A DNA stretch of 63,156 nt, the filler included, from Reticulomyxa filosa (taxonomy: Eukaryota; Protista; Foraminifera), in assembly GCA_000512085.1 (NCBI GenBank). It is 18 parts of 18 records of this genome, joined end to end, with 100 filler letters (N's around TTAATTAATTAA, not from the genome) between each part and the next. Parts side by side here need not be neighbours in the genome. Positions count along the whole stretch, not along the records: positions 1 to 2,910 come from ASPP01009222.1; positions 3,011 to 14,614 come from ASPP01018112.1; 16 more parts are not named here. One strand, given 5' to 3'. The translations under genes were made by a program, and so were the position numbers. The notes beneath the pieces were generated by a model. It ran no database searches. It was given only the letters and a program-made list of their open reading frames with translations, and was not told the origin of the DNA. Positions 1-11,900 of this stretch are shown piece after piece; positions within the stretch are counted from its first letter, which is position 1; each line of letters begins with the position of its first letter.

Positions 1-53
1 CCCCCTTTTTCACCTCCCTTCTCTCTTTCCTCCTTTTCTTTCCGACAACTTAC

Positions 54-507
54 TTTTGTCCCCTGACAATCCGCACCATTTAATGACTCTCTAAAATACT
101 CGGTGTCATGTGATGTATGTCCGACTAGTATCCAATCTGAATCTTTTCTAAACATCTGTGTAACACACATTTCAAATACTCTATTGTTTTATTTGTTCAA
201 ATTAAATAATAATAATTGTTATCAATTTTATTTTTTAAATTAAACAATTAACTTGAAGAATCTTTGTTGTTCGTTTGCTATTGATGAATTAACAACTTGA
301 GGGAACTCCCAACTTGGAGGAAATCCATTTATGTTTATTTCATTCCCGTATCCTCTCGTATATCCTGTTCCTTTTTGTTTTACTTTGTTTCCAATCAAAA
401 AGCGCCACACTCGTTTCTAACTCACCTCCCCCTCGCCCCCTTCCACGACCCCTGCCACCGCGTCCACGACCTCTGCTTCGTCCTCGACTTTCGCCGTTAT
501 CGGACAT
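54..507 (-). CDS. RGG-rich, probably RRM-like RNA-binding protein; 5' part only (exons 507-426, 364-253, 180-54), running off the window start
   Basis: Not in the ORF track. ATG at 507; three exons joined by GT-AG introns (425-365, 252-181) keep frame: MSDNGESRGRSRGRGRGGRGRGRGRGGGYTRGYGNEININGFPPSWEFPQ...FRESLNGADCQGTK, followed by a GTAAG donor at 53. The RRM call rests on a loose pattern (INGFPPSW ... LNG..GTK). Confidence 0.6.
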
Positions 508-843
508 TCAATTGGATAATTGAAATAATACAAAAATTATTTATGGAAATTCTCCTTGAGGGTCCCTTTTTGTCCTTTGCACGCAGGTACTTCAAAACAG
601 ATTGAAACAAAAACAACAATTTTAATGTTTATAAATCTTTTGCTGCAGTAGTACTATGCTTTTTCTGATATTTTTGGATGAAATGATAAAATTACTCGTA
701 TTTTCTAACCCGCTTTGGAAGTGCTAATAAAATCCCTTGCAGATTCGAGTTTTATTTTAGTGGTTTACTTTTGAGGGCTTAGAAACAGAAGAGAGCTTTT
801 CGCACTGAAAGGTATATTTTGTATGAATAATTAAATTAGAAAC

Positions 844-2217
844 ATGAACTTTGGTGGACATGAATCATTGGGAGAAAACGGCAGATATGCCCGTAATGCG
901 CCGGCAAACGAAGGGGATTTTGTAATACTGTATTGTGGTTTTGACGACATGAAAGGAGTGACACTGAAGAAAGGGGACGCATTTCATCACAAATCGGGTT
1001 ACTTCCGACATGACGACATGATAGGAAAAAAGTTTGGATCAAGGATCTATCCATACTCGAAAAGGATCCCACCACAAAGAAGGAAAGATAAAGGGCAAAG
1101 CGACAATAAAGAGCATCACAAAGAGAGCGAAGAGAAAGAAGACACAGGAAATTTCAGCGTGGTGCTCTTACGTCCAACAGCCGAGTTGTGGACGAAAGCA
1201 TTGACACATCGAACGCAAATAATCTATCACGCGGACATATCACTGATACTGTCGGGATTGCGATTGAAGCCAGGTTACGTAGTAATGGAGAGCGGAACCG
1301 GAAGTGGGTCATTGTCGTGTTCGATCGCGCGCAGTATCGCTCCATTCGGACACTTGCACACTTTCGAATTCAATGAAGGCAGAGCAGAGTCGGCACGTGC
1401 TGATTTTGAAAAGTTGATGATTGGAAATGATTTAGTGACCGTCTACCATAGGGACGTTGTGAACCATGGTTTTCCAATGTATAATGAGTTGATGAGTTTA
1501 AAAAATAAAGATAAAGATAAGTGTAATGATAAAAATAAAGACAAAAACAAAGGCAATGGCAATGATAATGCCTTTGTCGATGCCATTTTTTTAGACATTC
1601 CAAACCCTTGGGCAGCTATCCCTTCCGCTTCTCGTGTCTTGAAGGATAATCGCTTGCTTTGTTCTTTTTCACCTTGCATTGAACAAGTTCAAAAAACTTG
1701 CTTGAATCTTTCTCAACATGGCTTTATTAATATTCGGACTTTTGAAGTGTTGTCACGCAATTATCATGTCACGCCTGTTACCTTTCCTCTTGCCAATACC
1801 ACTGTCAATTATAGCATAAAAAAATTCTCTTTTTCTCCCTCTGGTGCTCAAAAAAGACCACTCGAACGAATGCTTAGAGAGGAAAATGCCATCCAACAAC
1901 AACAACAGCCACAACAACAGCCACAACAACAACAGCCACAACAACAGCCACAACAACAACAGCCACAACAACAGTCACAACAACAACAGCCACAACAACA
2001 GTCACAACAACAACAGCCACAACAACAACAGCCACAACAACAACAACAGCCACAAATATCCCCCGTCATTTCCGCTATGCCTCATCTGACCATTCAAGGA
2101 CACACTGGCTTTCTCACTTTTGCCAGAAAAGCTTTGCGGTATTCTTCCGATGACAATTCCTCTACTTTTCAGTGTAGTGTTATAAAAAAAACGACATCTT
2201 TTGATTTTTTTTTTTAA
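844..2217 (+). CDS. TRM61: tRNA (adenine58-N1)-methyltransferase catalytic subunit (Trm61/Gcd14)
   Basis: Family motifs LLRPTAELWTKALTHRTQIIY, ESGTGSGSLS (SAM binding), HLHTFEFNEGRA, DAIFLDIPNPW, CSFSPCIEQV and GHTGFLTFA. The exact 3' end is uncertain. Confidence 0.93.
   Translation: MNFGGHESLGENGRYARNAPANEGDFVILYCGFDDMKGVTLKKGDAFHHKSGYFRHDDMIGKKFGSRIYPYSKRIPPQRRKDKGQSDNKEHHKESEEKEDTGNFSVVLLRPTAELWTKALTHRTQIIYHADISLILSGLRLKPGYVVMESGTGSGSLSCSIARSIAPFGHLHTFEFNEGRAESARADFEKLMIGNDLVTVYHRDVVNHGFPMYNELMSLKNKDKDKCNDKNKDKNKGNGNDNAFVDAIFLDIPNPWAAIPSASRVLKDNRLLCSFSPCIEQVQKTCLNLSQHGFINIRTFEVLSRNYHVTPVTFPLANTTVNYSIKKFSFSPSGAQKRPLERMLREENAIQQQQQPQQQPQQQQPQQQPQQQQPQQQSQQQQPQQQSQQQQPQQQQPQQQQQPQISPVISAMPHLTIQGHTGFLTFARKALRYSSDDNSSTFQCSVIKKTTSFDFFF
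1894..2055 (+). repeat. Coding (CAA)n-CAG-CCA/TCA repeat encoding about 54 aa of Q/P-rich sequence
   Basis: Tandem CCACAACAACAG / CCACAACAACAACAG units, in frame inside TRM61 just before GHTGFLTFA. Confidence 0.95.
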
Positions 2218-2910
2218 TAATTGCTTTATGTGGTATTTATGAATTATTTATTCAATCCTCCGTTCATTTTGCATAAAGCATTTTTCCCATCAAACTCATT
2301 TGTTCTGTACGTGTTTGAACTTATGCATACCAGATCTTTTCATACTGTTCTTCACTTTTGTTTTTTTGATACCATTTGCAATGTGGAAAAAGTAATCTTA
2401 AAAGTGAGGGTATCGTACGTACCGACAAATATGCAAATATATTAAAAGCAAAAAAAAAAAGTTTTGGCATACGCGCTTCTATCACTTTCTGCAAGTTTGC
2501 TAGTCTCAGTTATCTATTTTTTCCTTTCAGATAGGCAACTACTTTGATTCAATTGACCAAAGAGTTGCATGATGTATATACGCTTTGAAGCTTTACTATT
2601 TCCAAAAGAGGAAATACGAAGCAATAAGCAATAAAACTAAAAAGCCAGTTGGCGGATTGGTTCCATACAAGATGCTTTTTATTAGAATTTGTACTACTTT
2701 CATGTGGGCATTGTAAATAAACCATTTTTTTTGGTTTGTTTAAGTAACAATATTTCTCGTACAGTCATAATTGATTTGATCGGTGGATTATCTGCAAACG
2801 TGCAGTGCAAGGGGCAACACACTCTTGGCTTTCACCACGATTATATCGTTTTTACCGGAGATTATGAAAATATACGGTTTGCTTTCAACAAAAGGTTTTT
2901 GTGAGGGGGG

Positions 2911-3010
2911 NNNNNNNNNNNNNNNNNNNNNNNNNNNNNNNNNNNNNNNNNNNNTTAATTAATTAANNNNNNNNNNNNNNNNNNNNNNNNNNNNNNNNNN
3001 NNNNNNNNNN
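2911..3010. other. Artificial contig spacer N44-TTAATTAATTAA-N44 (first of 17)
   Basis: The identical 100-nt spacer, which has stops in all six frames, also starts at 14615, 16907, 18288, 21037, 22311, 28935, 33984, 35283, 36389, 43991, 46386, 47894, 49444, 54532, 58862 and 59962. Confidence 0.98.
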
Positions 3011-3187
3011 ATTTCATCCAACAAAAAAAAAGTTATTAAAAAACCAATATCATATTTAAAAACTATAAGATTTGTAGATATTTTTAAAAAAAAAAATTAG
3101 GTCTAAATGTTGATTTTTCATGGAGAAAATCAATTATCATCATAGGATATCGTTTTAGGCGTTCAGTTTTCTTTGCAACATACTGTA
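3011..3187. mobile_element. Tc1/mariner-like terminal repeat end
   Basis: The reverse strand reads TA-CAGTATGTTGCAAAGAAAACTGAACGCC (TA target plus CAGT terminus). About 150 nt match 54366-54531 in inverted orientation and more loosely 18388-18564, 23480-23600 and 45538-45710. Confidence 0.7.
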
Positions 3188-4044
3188 TTACATAGTTTGA
3201 ATGAGCTACCTTTCTTTCAAGTTACTATTTTAATTTTACAAAAATATGGCGTTTGTATTTTGGTTTGCCGTTATTTTTTTTCAAAAATTTGAAAGATATT
3301 TTATCAAGTATGCTTCTCTAAATATTTAATAAAGCAAATAAAAAACAAACATTCACTAATGTATGTTTAGTGTTTTTTTAATGAAAAATACTATTAAACG
3401 TAACTACTCGATTATGAGGAAATAATTGAAAATCGTTTTTTTCTGTTAAGATATTACAGGCCTACAATGTAATAATATTCTTTTTAAGATTTTGCCTTTT
3501 AATCAAGTAATATTTTTACTTAGGACAACAAGTGGTAAACAAATTAAAAGATTGATTTGCATTTTTGCGTACGTACACACCAAAAATAACAGTTATAAAT
3601 TTGTTGTTCTATATGCAGGACAAGACCTACTGGTTAATGAACTCTGAAAATCCTTTTATCTCAAACTTCATATTTTCTATCGTATTTCTTCTTGTTTTGT
3701 TGTCTGTTGTCATTTATATTTTTCTTGATTTAACTATCTTGTTTTATTGAAAAATTGCTCGGAGAGCAATATTTTTTGTATTATACTTTGTGCGGTTAGT
3801 TGCTTGGGATTTGTTGTACGATTTAATATTGTGATGCCCACGTAATGACTTTAGAGTTCTTTTTTTCTTGTAAGTCCTTAGAGCGGTAATACTACATACA
3901 ATTAATGTCGCGTATTTTTATCAAAGTTTATTGTTAATCAAAATATGAGATAGTGTCTAACGGTTGTTCTTGTTTGCAACAAGTTTAAAAAAAACAGGGT
4001 TTTATTCATCACAACTTATTCAAGTTTTTAAAAGTGTTTAAATC

Positions 4045-7000
4045 ATGTCTACAATTCTCTTAGATAGTGGCATCAAGAGCCAAATATTGCACATCATTGC
4101 GTCTGTCGGGCACTGTAGTCTTCCTGTCAAATCAAACCAACACGTAATCGTCTGTTTGTTTTTAAAGATAGCGGAACAAAAAACGAAATAAATTTTGGGG
4201 GGAACATAAACGTGAATAGTCCCTGCAATTAGAAAGCTCTTCAATCAGTGGATTTAATGGAATTGTGGCCTATGTGGCATCAAAGTGCAGTGTGAAACTT
4301 ATTCCAGAAAATTTGGAAAGCGCAACATTTGAGCAGTTAGACCGATCATTGAAAGCAGCAGAATCTGACAATCACGTTGCCTGTTGAGTTTTTACTTGTT
4401 TGGAAATTTCCTAAGAAATTGCTTGAGAATATTGTTGATTGTTGTTGTAGTACTGAAAGAAGTAAACGATGCGTTGTTATTGAAATCATATCTGGTTGGT
4501 AGTCAATTATCAGTTGCAGATATCGGCACATTTGTTTGCTTATATAGTCATTACGTTTCGTAAATATTTTTTTGCTTTGTTTGTTTTTGGTCGTTCACTA
4601 TCATGTGTGATCACATTACATTCTTATAATCAACTTTTTTAAATATATATGGTTCTATCTCTCCTACGGGGTTGGGATATAGGCAAAACTCGGAAAAGAT
4701 GATATATACTTTGTATATCCAAATGTTACTCGATGGTATGTTTTATAAAGTCCATCCCAAAAAAAAATCTTCCCACCTTTCTTCATTCCTCTCTTTCAAT
4801 ACTAAACGTTCGCTCATCCCCCTTTTTTTCTTTTGATTGAAAATATCTGCAAACTAACATTGATAACAAATAAATGAATAAATAAACAATAGGATGGATT
4901 TGATACAAAACCGAACAGTGTCAAGTGGAGTGTTGCCCAAATTGAATATTCAAAATGAACCACCAAAAGCACAAGCAACCACTACCAAAGCAAAAGACAA
5001 AGGAAAAAAAAAAGAGGATGGCAAAGAGGAAAAAAAAGAAGAAAACAAAGGTCCAAACGCAAATCAATCTAAAAAAGAAAAAAAAGGCAAAGGAGCTGTT
5101 AAGTTTTTGCCCCTTTTTTTTTATTCAATAATGTTCCATGTTATAATTGTTTTTGTACTGTTCGCGGAAGTTTCACGCATACATAACAAATATGCATGTG
5201 TGGTCAAATGCGAAAAAAAAATTAATTCTGTATTTTTTTTTTTGGGGAGAGGAAATGAAGGAAAAAAAAATAATCAAATAAACGACACAACACAAAAGAA
5301 AAAAGCAGATATAAAATTGGAGGACCATTTGCAGGAAATCGAATTTATTAAACAACGCATTGAGTTGTTTGACAAGTTGTACGCGGAACAACAAAAAGGG
5401 CTCGAATCAAAGAAAAAATCCATTAAAATTACATTGCCAGACGGCAACAGCATAGATGGAGTCGCTTTTGAAACCTCTCCTTTTGATGTTGCGAAAAATA
5501 TTTCACTTGGCTTGGCCAAGCGCGCAATTGTCGCACGAGTCAATGACAAATTGTTTGATTTAACACGACCTTTGGAAGACGATTGCAAGTTGGAGATATT
5601 AACATTTGACGATAGTGATGGGTATGTTGTTTTTAAAATTTTTTTTTTTAAGAAACAAATAAAAAAAACAAATGCAAATACGGAATGATAAAAAAAAATA
5701 CAATAAACAATATCAATTGGGTTTAGCAAACATGTATTCTGGCACTCTTCTTCCCATGTGTTGGGAGAGAGTTTGGAACGATTGTTCAAAGGACAATTAA
5801 CAGTTGGCCCTGCGTTGGATCCTTCACAAATGTTGCACAATGGAGGTTTTTACTACGATGTGGATATATCTAGTTTGGGAGATGACACGTTTAGTCTTCT
5901 TTTTTTCCCCTCTCTATCAGAAGATCAAATTGTAATAAAATAACCTATTTTTAAAAAACAAAAAAACACAGTAAAATCAGTGAGCATCACTATGGTGCCA
6001 TTGAAGAGTTTATTAAGACAATTACAAAAGATAAACAACCCTTTCATCGTGTCATGTTAACCAAAGAACAAGCCTTGGAAATGTTCAAAGTTTAGTCAAT
6101 CAATCCCTTTTTTTTTTTTGAAACACAAAAATCAAAATAACTAAATGTACCGCGCAAAAAAAAAACGCAAAGTCTGAACGTGTGTCTTTCAATCTTTTTT
6201 TTTTAGTTCGAACAAGTATAAACAAGAGCTGATTAGTGAAAAAATCCCTGATGGTGCAACCTGCACTGCGTATCGTTGTGGACCATTGATTGATTTGTGC
6301 AAAGGACCACACATTCCAAACACAGACTTGATCAAAGCGGTGAAACTTGTGAAAAATGGTGCAACATACTGGCGTAATGACAGTAACCGAGATTCCTTGC
6401 AACGAATTTACGGAATATCATTCCCAGACAACAAATTGATGAAAGAATATGAAGAAAGAAAAAAAATGGCAGAAGAAAATGACCATCGTAAAATTGGACA
6501 AGATCAACAATTGTTCTTTTTCCATGACTTGTCACCAGGAAGCTGTTTCTGGTTGCCTCATGGCGCAAGAATTTACAACAAATTGCAACAATTTATTAGT
6601 GGCTGTTATCGAGACCGTGGATTTACCGAGGTTTGTTTCCAATATACGTGTTTATGGACCCTCTCTTCTTTTCACACAAATAGAAAAACAAGCACAAAAA
6701 AAAATGCAAATACCAAATATATACGCTCAGGTTATATCTCCAAACGTGTACAACTTCAAATTGTGGGAAGTCAGTGGACATGCTCAAAACTATGCCGAAA
6801 ACATGTTTTTGTTTGAATCCGAAGGACAACAATTTGGACTGAAACCAATGAATTGTCCTGGTCACTGTCTCATGTTCAAGAGTAGCTTAAGGTCCTATCG
6901 AGATTTACCATTGCGATTTGCTGGTCAGTATTTTTATTTATATTTTCTTTTTTTTTTCCTCCCCAGCATGAAACAAAACAATTAACAATTAACTGTTTAA

Positions 7001-8181
7001 AATAGATTTTGGCGCACTGCATCGCAATGAGATGAGCGGAAGCTTAACAGGATTGACACGTGTCCGAAGATTTCAACAGGACGATGCACACATATTTTGT
7101 CGACGTGATCAAATCCATCAAGAAGTTAGCAATTGCTTGCATTTCTTGGATTATGTTTATGGCAAATTTGGTTTCCGTTTTGAACTGGCATTGTCCACAC
7201 GACCAAAAGAGAAATATTTGGGTGACATTAAGGTATGGGATGAAGCCGAACGAATGTTAGCTCAAGCCTTGGACGATTTTGTGGCAAAACATAGCAGCCT
7301 TAAAGCGTGGAAATATAATCATGGAGATGGCGCTTTTTACGGACCTAAAGTCGACATTCATGTCTATGATTCATTGCATAGACAACATCAATGCGCTACT
7401 ATTCAACTCGATTTTCAATTACCTATTCGATTTGAATTAGATGTTAATTCATTCTGTCTTTTTTTTAATTATTACTATTTACTGTAGATGTGCGAGAATT
7501 TTTAAATACAAATTTAAAATGTGTACAATTTGTTTTTTTTTCCCATCCTTTTCCTACTTCCTCTATTTGTAAAATGGTTTGAGGATAGTTTAAAGCAGAA
7601 TCTGGTGGAGTGGAAAGACCTGTTATCGTGCACCGTGCAATTTACGGTTCATTTGAAAGATTTATTGCCATTTTGAGTGAACATTTGGGAGGAAAATGGC
7701 CATTTTGGCTGTCGCCCCGCCAAGTTTGCATCATCCCTGTTACAGGTAAAGTTGTTTGTTTTTTATGCCATAACTGTGAAAGGAAAGACAACATCAAAGA
7801 TGCTAATACGACGACAATACAGATGAATTCACTGAATATGCTCAAAGCGTACGTGAAATAATGCACAAAGCAGGATACTGGGTTGATGTCGATGACTCAA
7901 GAAATCATTTGCCAAAAAAAGTCAGAAATGCTCAAGTCAGTCAATACAACTTCATTTTGGTCGTCGGAGAAAAAGGTATGTTTTGTTAATTTTCTGCTTA
8001 AATTTGTCTGTTTTCCATTTTTCTCTTTATATTTGATAAATTTGTGGTTTTGTTATTGTTTTGTGTAGAGCGTGATGCAAAAGCAGTGAGTGTACGCAGA
8101 AGAGACAACACTGAACTTGGAAGCAAAACAATTGACGAAATGTTGGCATGGTTTAAAGAATTAGTTGAAAAATACGAATAA
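4045..8181 (+). CDS. TARS: Threonyl-tRNA synthetase (cytosolic type) with an N-terminal GST-like domain and Lys-rich linker
   Basis: Exons 4045-4143, 4220-4382, 4451-4554, 4683-4735, 4893-5621 (probable intron at about 5098-5250), 5727-5888, 5972-~6089, ~6207-6630, 6731-6923, 7006-7442, 7589-7745, 7823-7975, 8069-8181 (TAA). Motifs: TGS (ITLPDG, DLTRPLE), editing (FWHSSSH, DLCKGPH), catalytic ([61 protein letters not shown]) and anticodon-binding (WLSPRQV). The 6089/6207 junction needs a 1-nt correction or the alternative donor at 6095. Confidence 0.93.
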
Positions 8182-8907
8182 CGAAAGTACAACAACATCA
8201 ATCCATAGTGGTCGAGAGAAACAAACAAGGCAATCTCAGTCATGTTTGGAAAAAATATATTTTTAATCAAAACTATGATTTATTGTTTCTCTATTTTAAA
8301 ATCTTCCTTTAATTTTCACAACTAATTGTCCACGTTTGGTGGAACTTTTTCACTGCAAATGGTTCTTATATTTTTCCTTTGGAAACTAGGAATCATTTAC
8401 TTTTTTATCTCTGCATCCTTCGTTAGAAATTACTTTGTATTCCTGAGCGATTATTATCAATTTAAAAATGAAAAGGGTAGAACAAACATTAAACGTTGAT
8501 TGAAGGAAAAACAAAAATAAACAAAAAAGTACAAACAAATGCACTAACCAACACATAACAAGCACTCATGGTTGACTTACGTGTACCAAGATGTGGAGTA
8601 CATAACCCCAAAATTCTCCACGCGCGAGAAAACACAACACCGATTGGTAAACCCCACAATTCTACTTTACCCTACCCAAAAAAAATGGTTGGTTCATTGA
8701 AGACTCATGTGTGGCTCTCATTTAAAAATACTTTTTGTACTTGTTTATTTTTTTTTTCCATTTTGATCTAGTGCTCACAAATGAATAGAGCCAAGCGAAA
8801 TCCAAAGCAATATTTTGAGTCCAATATAACACCATTTTAGAAACAAAAATAAAACAACAAAACAAAAGAGGGAAAAAAAATAATGTAGGTGGGAAAAAAA
8901 AGAAAGA

Positions 8908-11900
8908 TTAGTAATATTTGCTCAGTTTATTGGAAATCACAGTAGCAACATAAACAATTCTGTCTTGCACATCGTTGCAGCTGCAATAGCAGTAGTTTGC
9001 CATGTGCATGATTTTATTGATATCTTCGTCTTTGTCTTTTTTAGGTGAAAATGGAGCAGCAAGTGCCAATTCTTTTGATTTACGTTTTTTGTCAATACTA
9101 GTTTGAACATTGACATTAATCGGGATCGGTATTTGTTTGGAGTAGTATTCAACTAAAGCATAAATCATAAACTTTAAATCAGCCATTTTTGGTGTCATTA
9201 TACCCATTGGAACTTTTGAGCCTTCATCTATATTGCGTAAAAATGCATGTTGCAACAATTCCTGTGCGCTTGGTCTTTTGTCAGGATTCTATCAATTTGA
9301 TATTTATTTGTACGTACAATAGATGTGTCATGCACTCACAGTTCCCTTTTTTCTGATTTTAAAGACAGACAAAAAATTATTAATATGTTCCACCTGGGTT
9401 AGACAAAGACGAACAAATTCACAGCAATCTTTGGTAAACATCTGTGGGTTTAATTTAGGAGGATTGGAACATAAACTGCTGGGCAAAGTATCAGGATGAA
9501 TAAAGGCTCCAGTACATAATTCATAAATAGTTAAGCCAAAGGACCACACATCCGCCTTCGTGTTGTAGCATACTCGATTGTTGTTGTCTTTTTCTGGAGC
9601 CAAATACTTTGCCGTTCCGCAATTGATTGTCAAAAGGCTATCCGCAATATCCAATTTGATGACCGTGCCAAAATCACTTAGCTTGATATCCCCATTAAGG
9701 CTGTACAAAATATTGCCAGGTTTGATGTCATTGTGAACATACCGATGTTGATGCAATTCCTTCAGCGCTTGCAAGATGGAATAGGAGGCATATTTGACAA
9801 TTGATTCCGGGCAAGGAACATTCGAATTATTGGAAATGTAGTCTTTCAGGGAGCCTCCGTCCATATACTCGAGTGCAATTTTCATTTCATTTGTATCGCG
9901 ATCTTTTCCATATCCGATCATGTCGATTATATACTTTGAATCTTTCATGTTTTCCAATACGCAGATTTCCTGGTCCGTTTGAATTTGAATCGTTTTGTGT
10001 GCGGAACGTGCGGTCTGAACGGTCGTGATTTGTTCAACAATACGTATACTTATACATGCACGATGTACATATATACATATATGTATATGAATATGCATAT
10101 ATATTCCTTTCTCCTATTTCCCTCCTCTTTTTGTTTTTTTGGATCAAAACTTTGATAGCTACGACTTGGCATGAAAGCAAATGAAAGGCCTTAACAACGA
10201 CACCAGTAGCACCACGACCAAGCCTTTCATCAGGCATAATAGCAAACTCTTCCATTGGGAAGACAGGATCGTCTTCGTCATGGACATCCTGTTCATTGCC
10301 ATGGTCACTCTCCAAATCCTTTCGCAAGTCTTTGACTTTATTCGCATGGGTCTTGACCTGCGCCATCGCAGTACGTTCATCGCGTTTGAAGCGTACCGAG
10401 CGTTTTTTATTGCCTTTTGTCGGAAATGCGCGTTTGTCACGTTGATTATCCTGTTTCCGTCCTTGTGCCTTATAGTCCTCATTATTGCTATTGATGCTAT
10501 TGTTATTGATACTATCGTTATTGATACTATTGTTATTGATACTATTGTTATTGATGCTATTGTTTCTATTGCTGTTGTTGTTGTTGTTGTTGTCATCGTT
10601 GTCTACATCAACAATCTCCCCTTCATACATAATTCCTCCTCCTTCGTCAAGTTCCATTTGATGCATACTTTCGGTAGTTTGCAGCTGCAAAATGCTTTTC
10701 ACGCTCAGTTGTTTTGTAAACGCCTCCAACTCTTGGTCTCCAAACTCATCGTCGTATGTGGACTTGGTGTCGGTGCGAACCAAATCAATCGGGAAATCGG
10801 ACTTGTTGTGTTCGACTGCTCCCGATTCGTCGCTGCTTTCTTTGGGCGAGGTTATTCGCACTTGTTTTTTTTTTTCGGCTTTTGCTCTTGTCCTTGTCCT
10901 TGTCCTTGCTCTTGCTCTTGTTCTTGCTTTTGATTCTCTTGTTTTTGCTTGTGTCTTTGCTTTTGTCTTTGCCTATGTTTCTGCTTGCGTTTGGACGGCT
11001 TTGAAGTACTGTCCACACTTTCGGGTATGCTCTCCGTCGTTCGATTCATTGCAATCCTTGGCGTCTGTCCTGGCAGCGATGAGGATGGCACTTCGCCGTC
11101 CTCGTCTTCGCTCGTGCCCGGCTTTGAGTTGTGCAAACTTTGATCAGTGTTCAGTGATGAGCCACTTTCCTCCTTGTCATCGTCATCATCGTCGTCCTTG
11201 TTATCATTGACAATGTCGATGTCGTTGTCATCATCGTCGCCACTGCTGGCCATTATTCGATTGTCTCGTGATTCTTCAATTTCTTTTTTTTTTTTTTTAC
11301 CACAAAAGTTCATTTTTTTTTTAATTTAAAAAAAGGGGTGTGTATTATGTTTAAAAAACAGTTGTTTTTTTTTGTAAAAAAAGACCGTTTTGCAGTGGGA
11401 TGGATCGCTTTGCTTGGATCTCCTTGATGTTGCAACTGGTGGGAATGTATTCGGGCGATCCAGAGCGCGAGCTGGAGGTCGACGTGGGGGCCGACGTGGA
11501 CGTGGTTGTCGTCACCACGAACGGCCGCAAAGACGAAGAAGTGGAGTTACCGCCGCCATTGTTGATGGAGATCAGATTGGAATGAAAGTTCACTCCATAC
11601 GGAATGGCGGGAGTCGACACGTCCGGAGTTATGTTTGCACGCATCTCTTTACCCGCCCACTTTTTCGAACTGTCTCCATTGTGCAGGGCACTTCCTACGG
11701 ATAAACTTTATTCATTTTTTTATTTTTTTATTCAATTTATTTACTTTATTTATTTATTTATTCGATTTGTTTAGTTTATTGGTTTGAGTTTATTTAATTT
11801 TTTTTTTTTTGAGTTTTGTTTTCTTGGTCCCCTTTTTCTCCCCTATCCCCAACAAACATCAACAAAAAGAAAGTACATTAGCGTTTCGCATACCTTCCTT

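Noticed and set aside
1753-2089. Poly-Cys, poly-Leu/Trp and NNSH ORFs
   Set aside because: They are alternative-frame and antisense shadows of the TRM61 polyQ repeat.
2400-2910. Possible exons downstream of TRM61
   Set aside because: I could not build a consistent spliced frame or recognise a motif on either strand.
2911-3010. TTAATTAATTAA palindrome recurring 17 times as a biological repeat
   Set aside because: It is always centred in exactly 44+44 N and is a synthetic six-frame-stop linker.
4894-4896. ATG 4894 as the main ThrRS start
   Set aside because: It is preceded by an acceptor (AATAG|G) and completes the conserved RWMD motif of the upstream GST-like exons.
10861-11010. KQKHRQ/QEQEQGQG repeat as coding sequence
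   Set aside because: That frame stops at 10852. Removing the repeat as a phase-1 GT-AG intron joins the flanking kinase exons.
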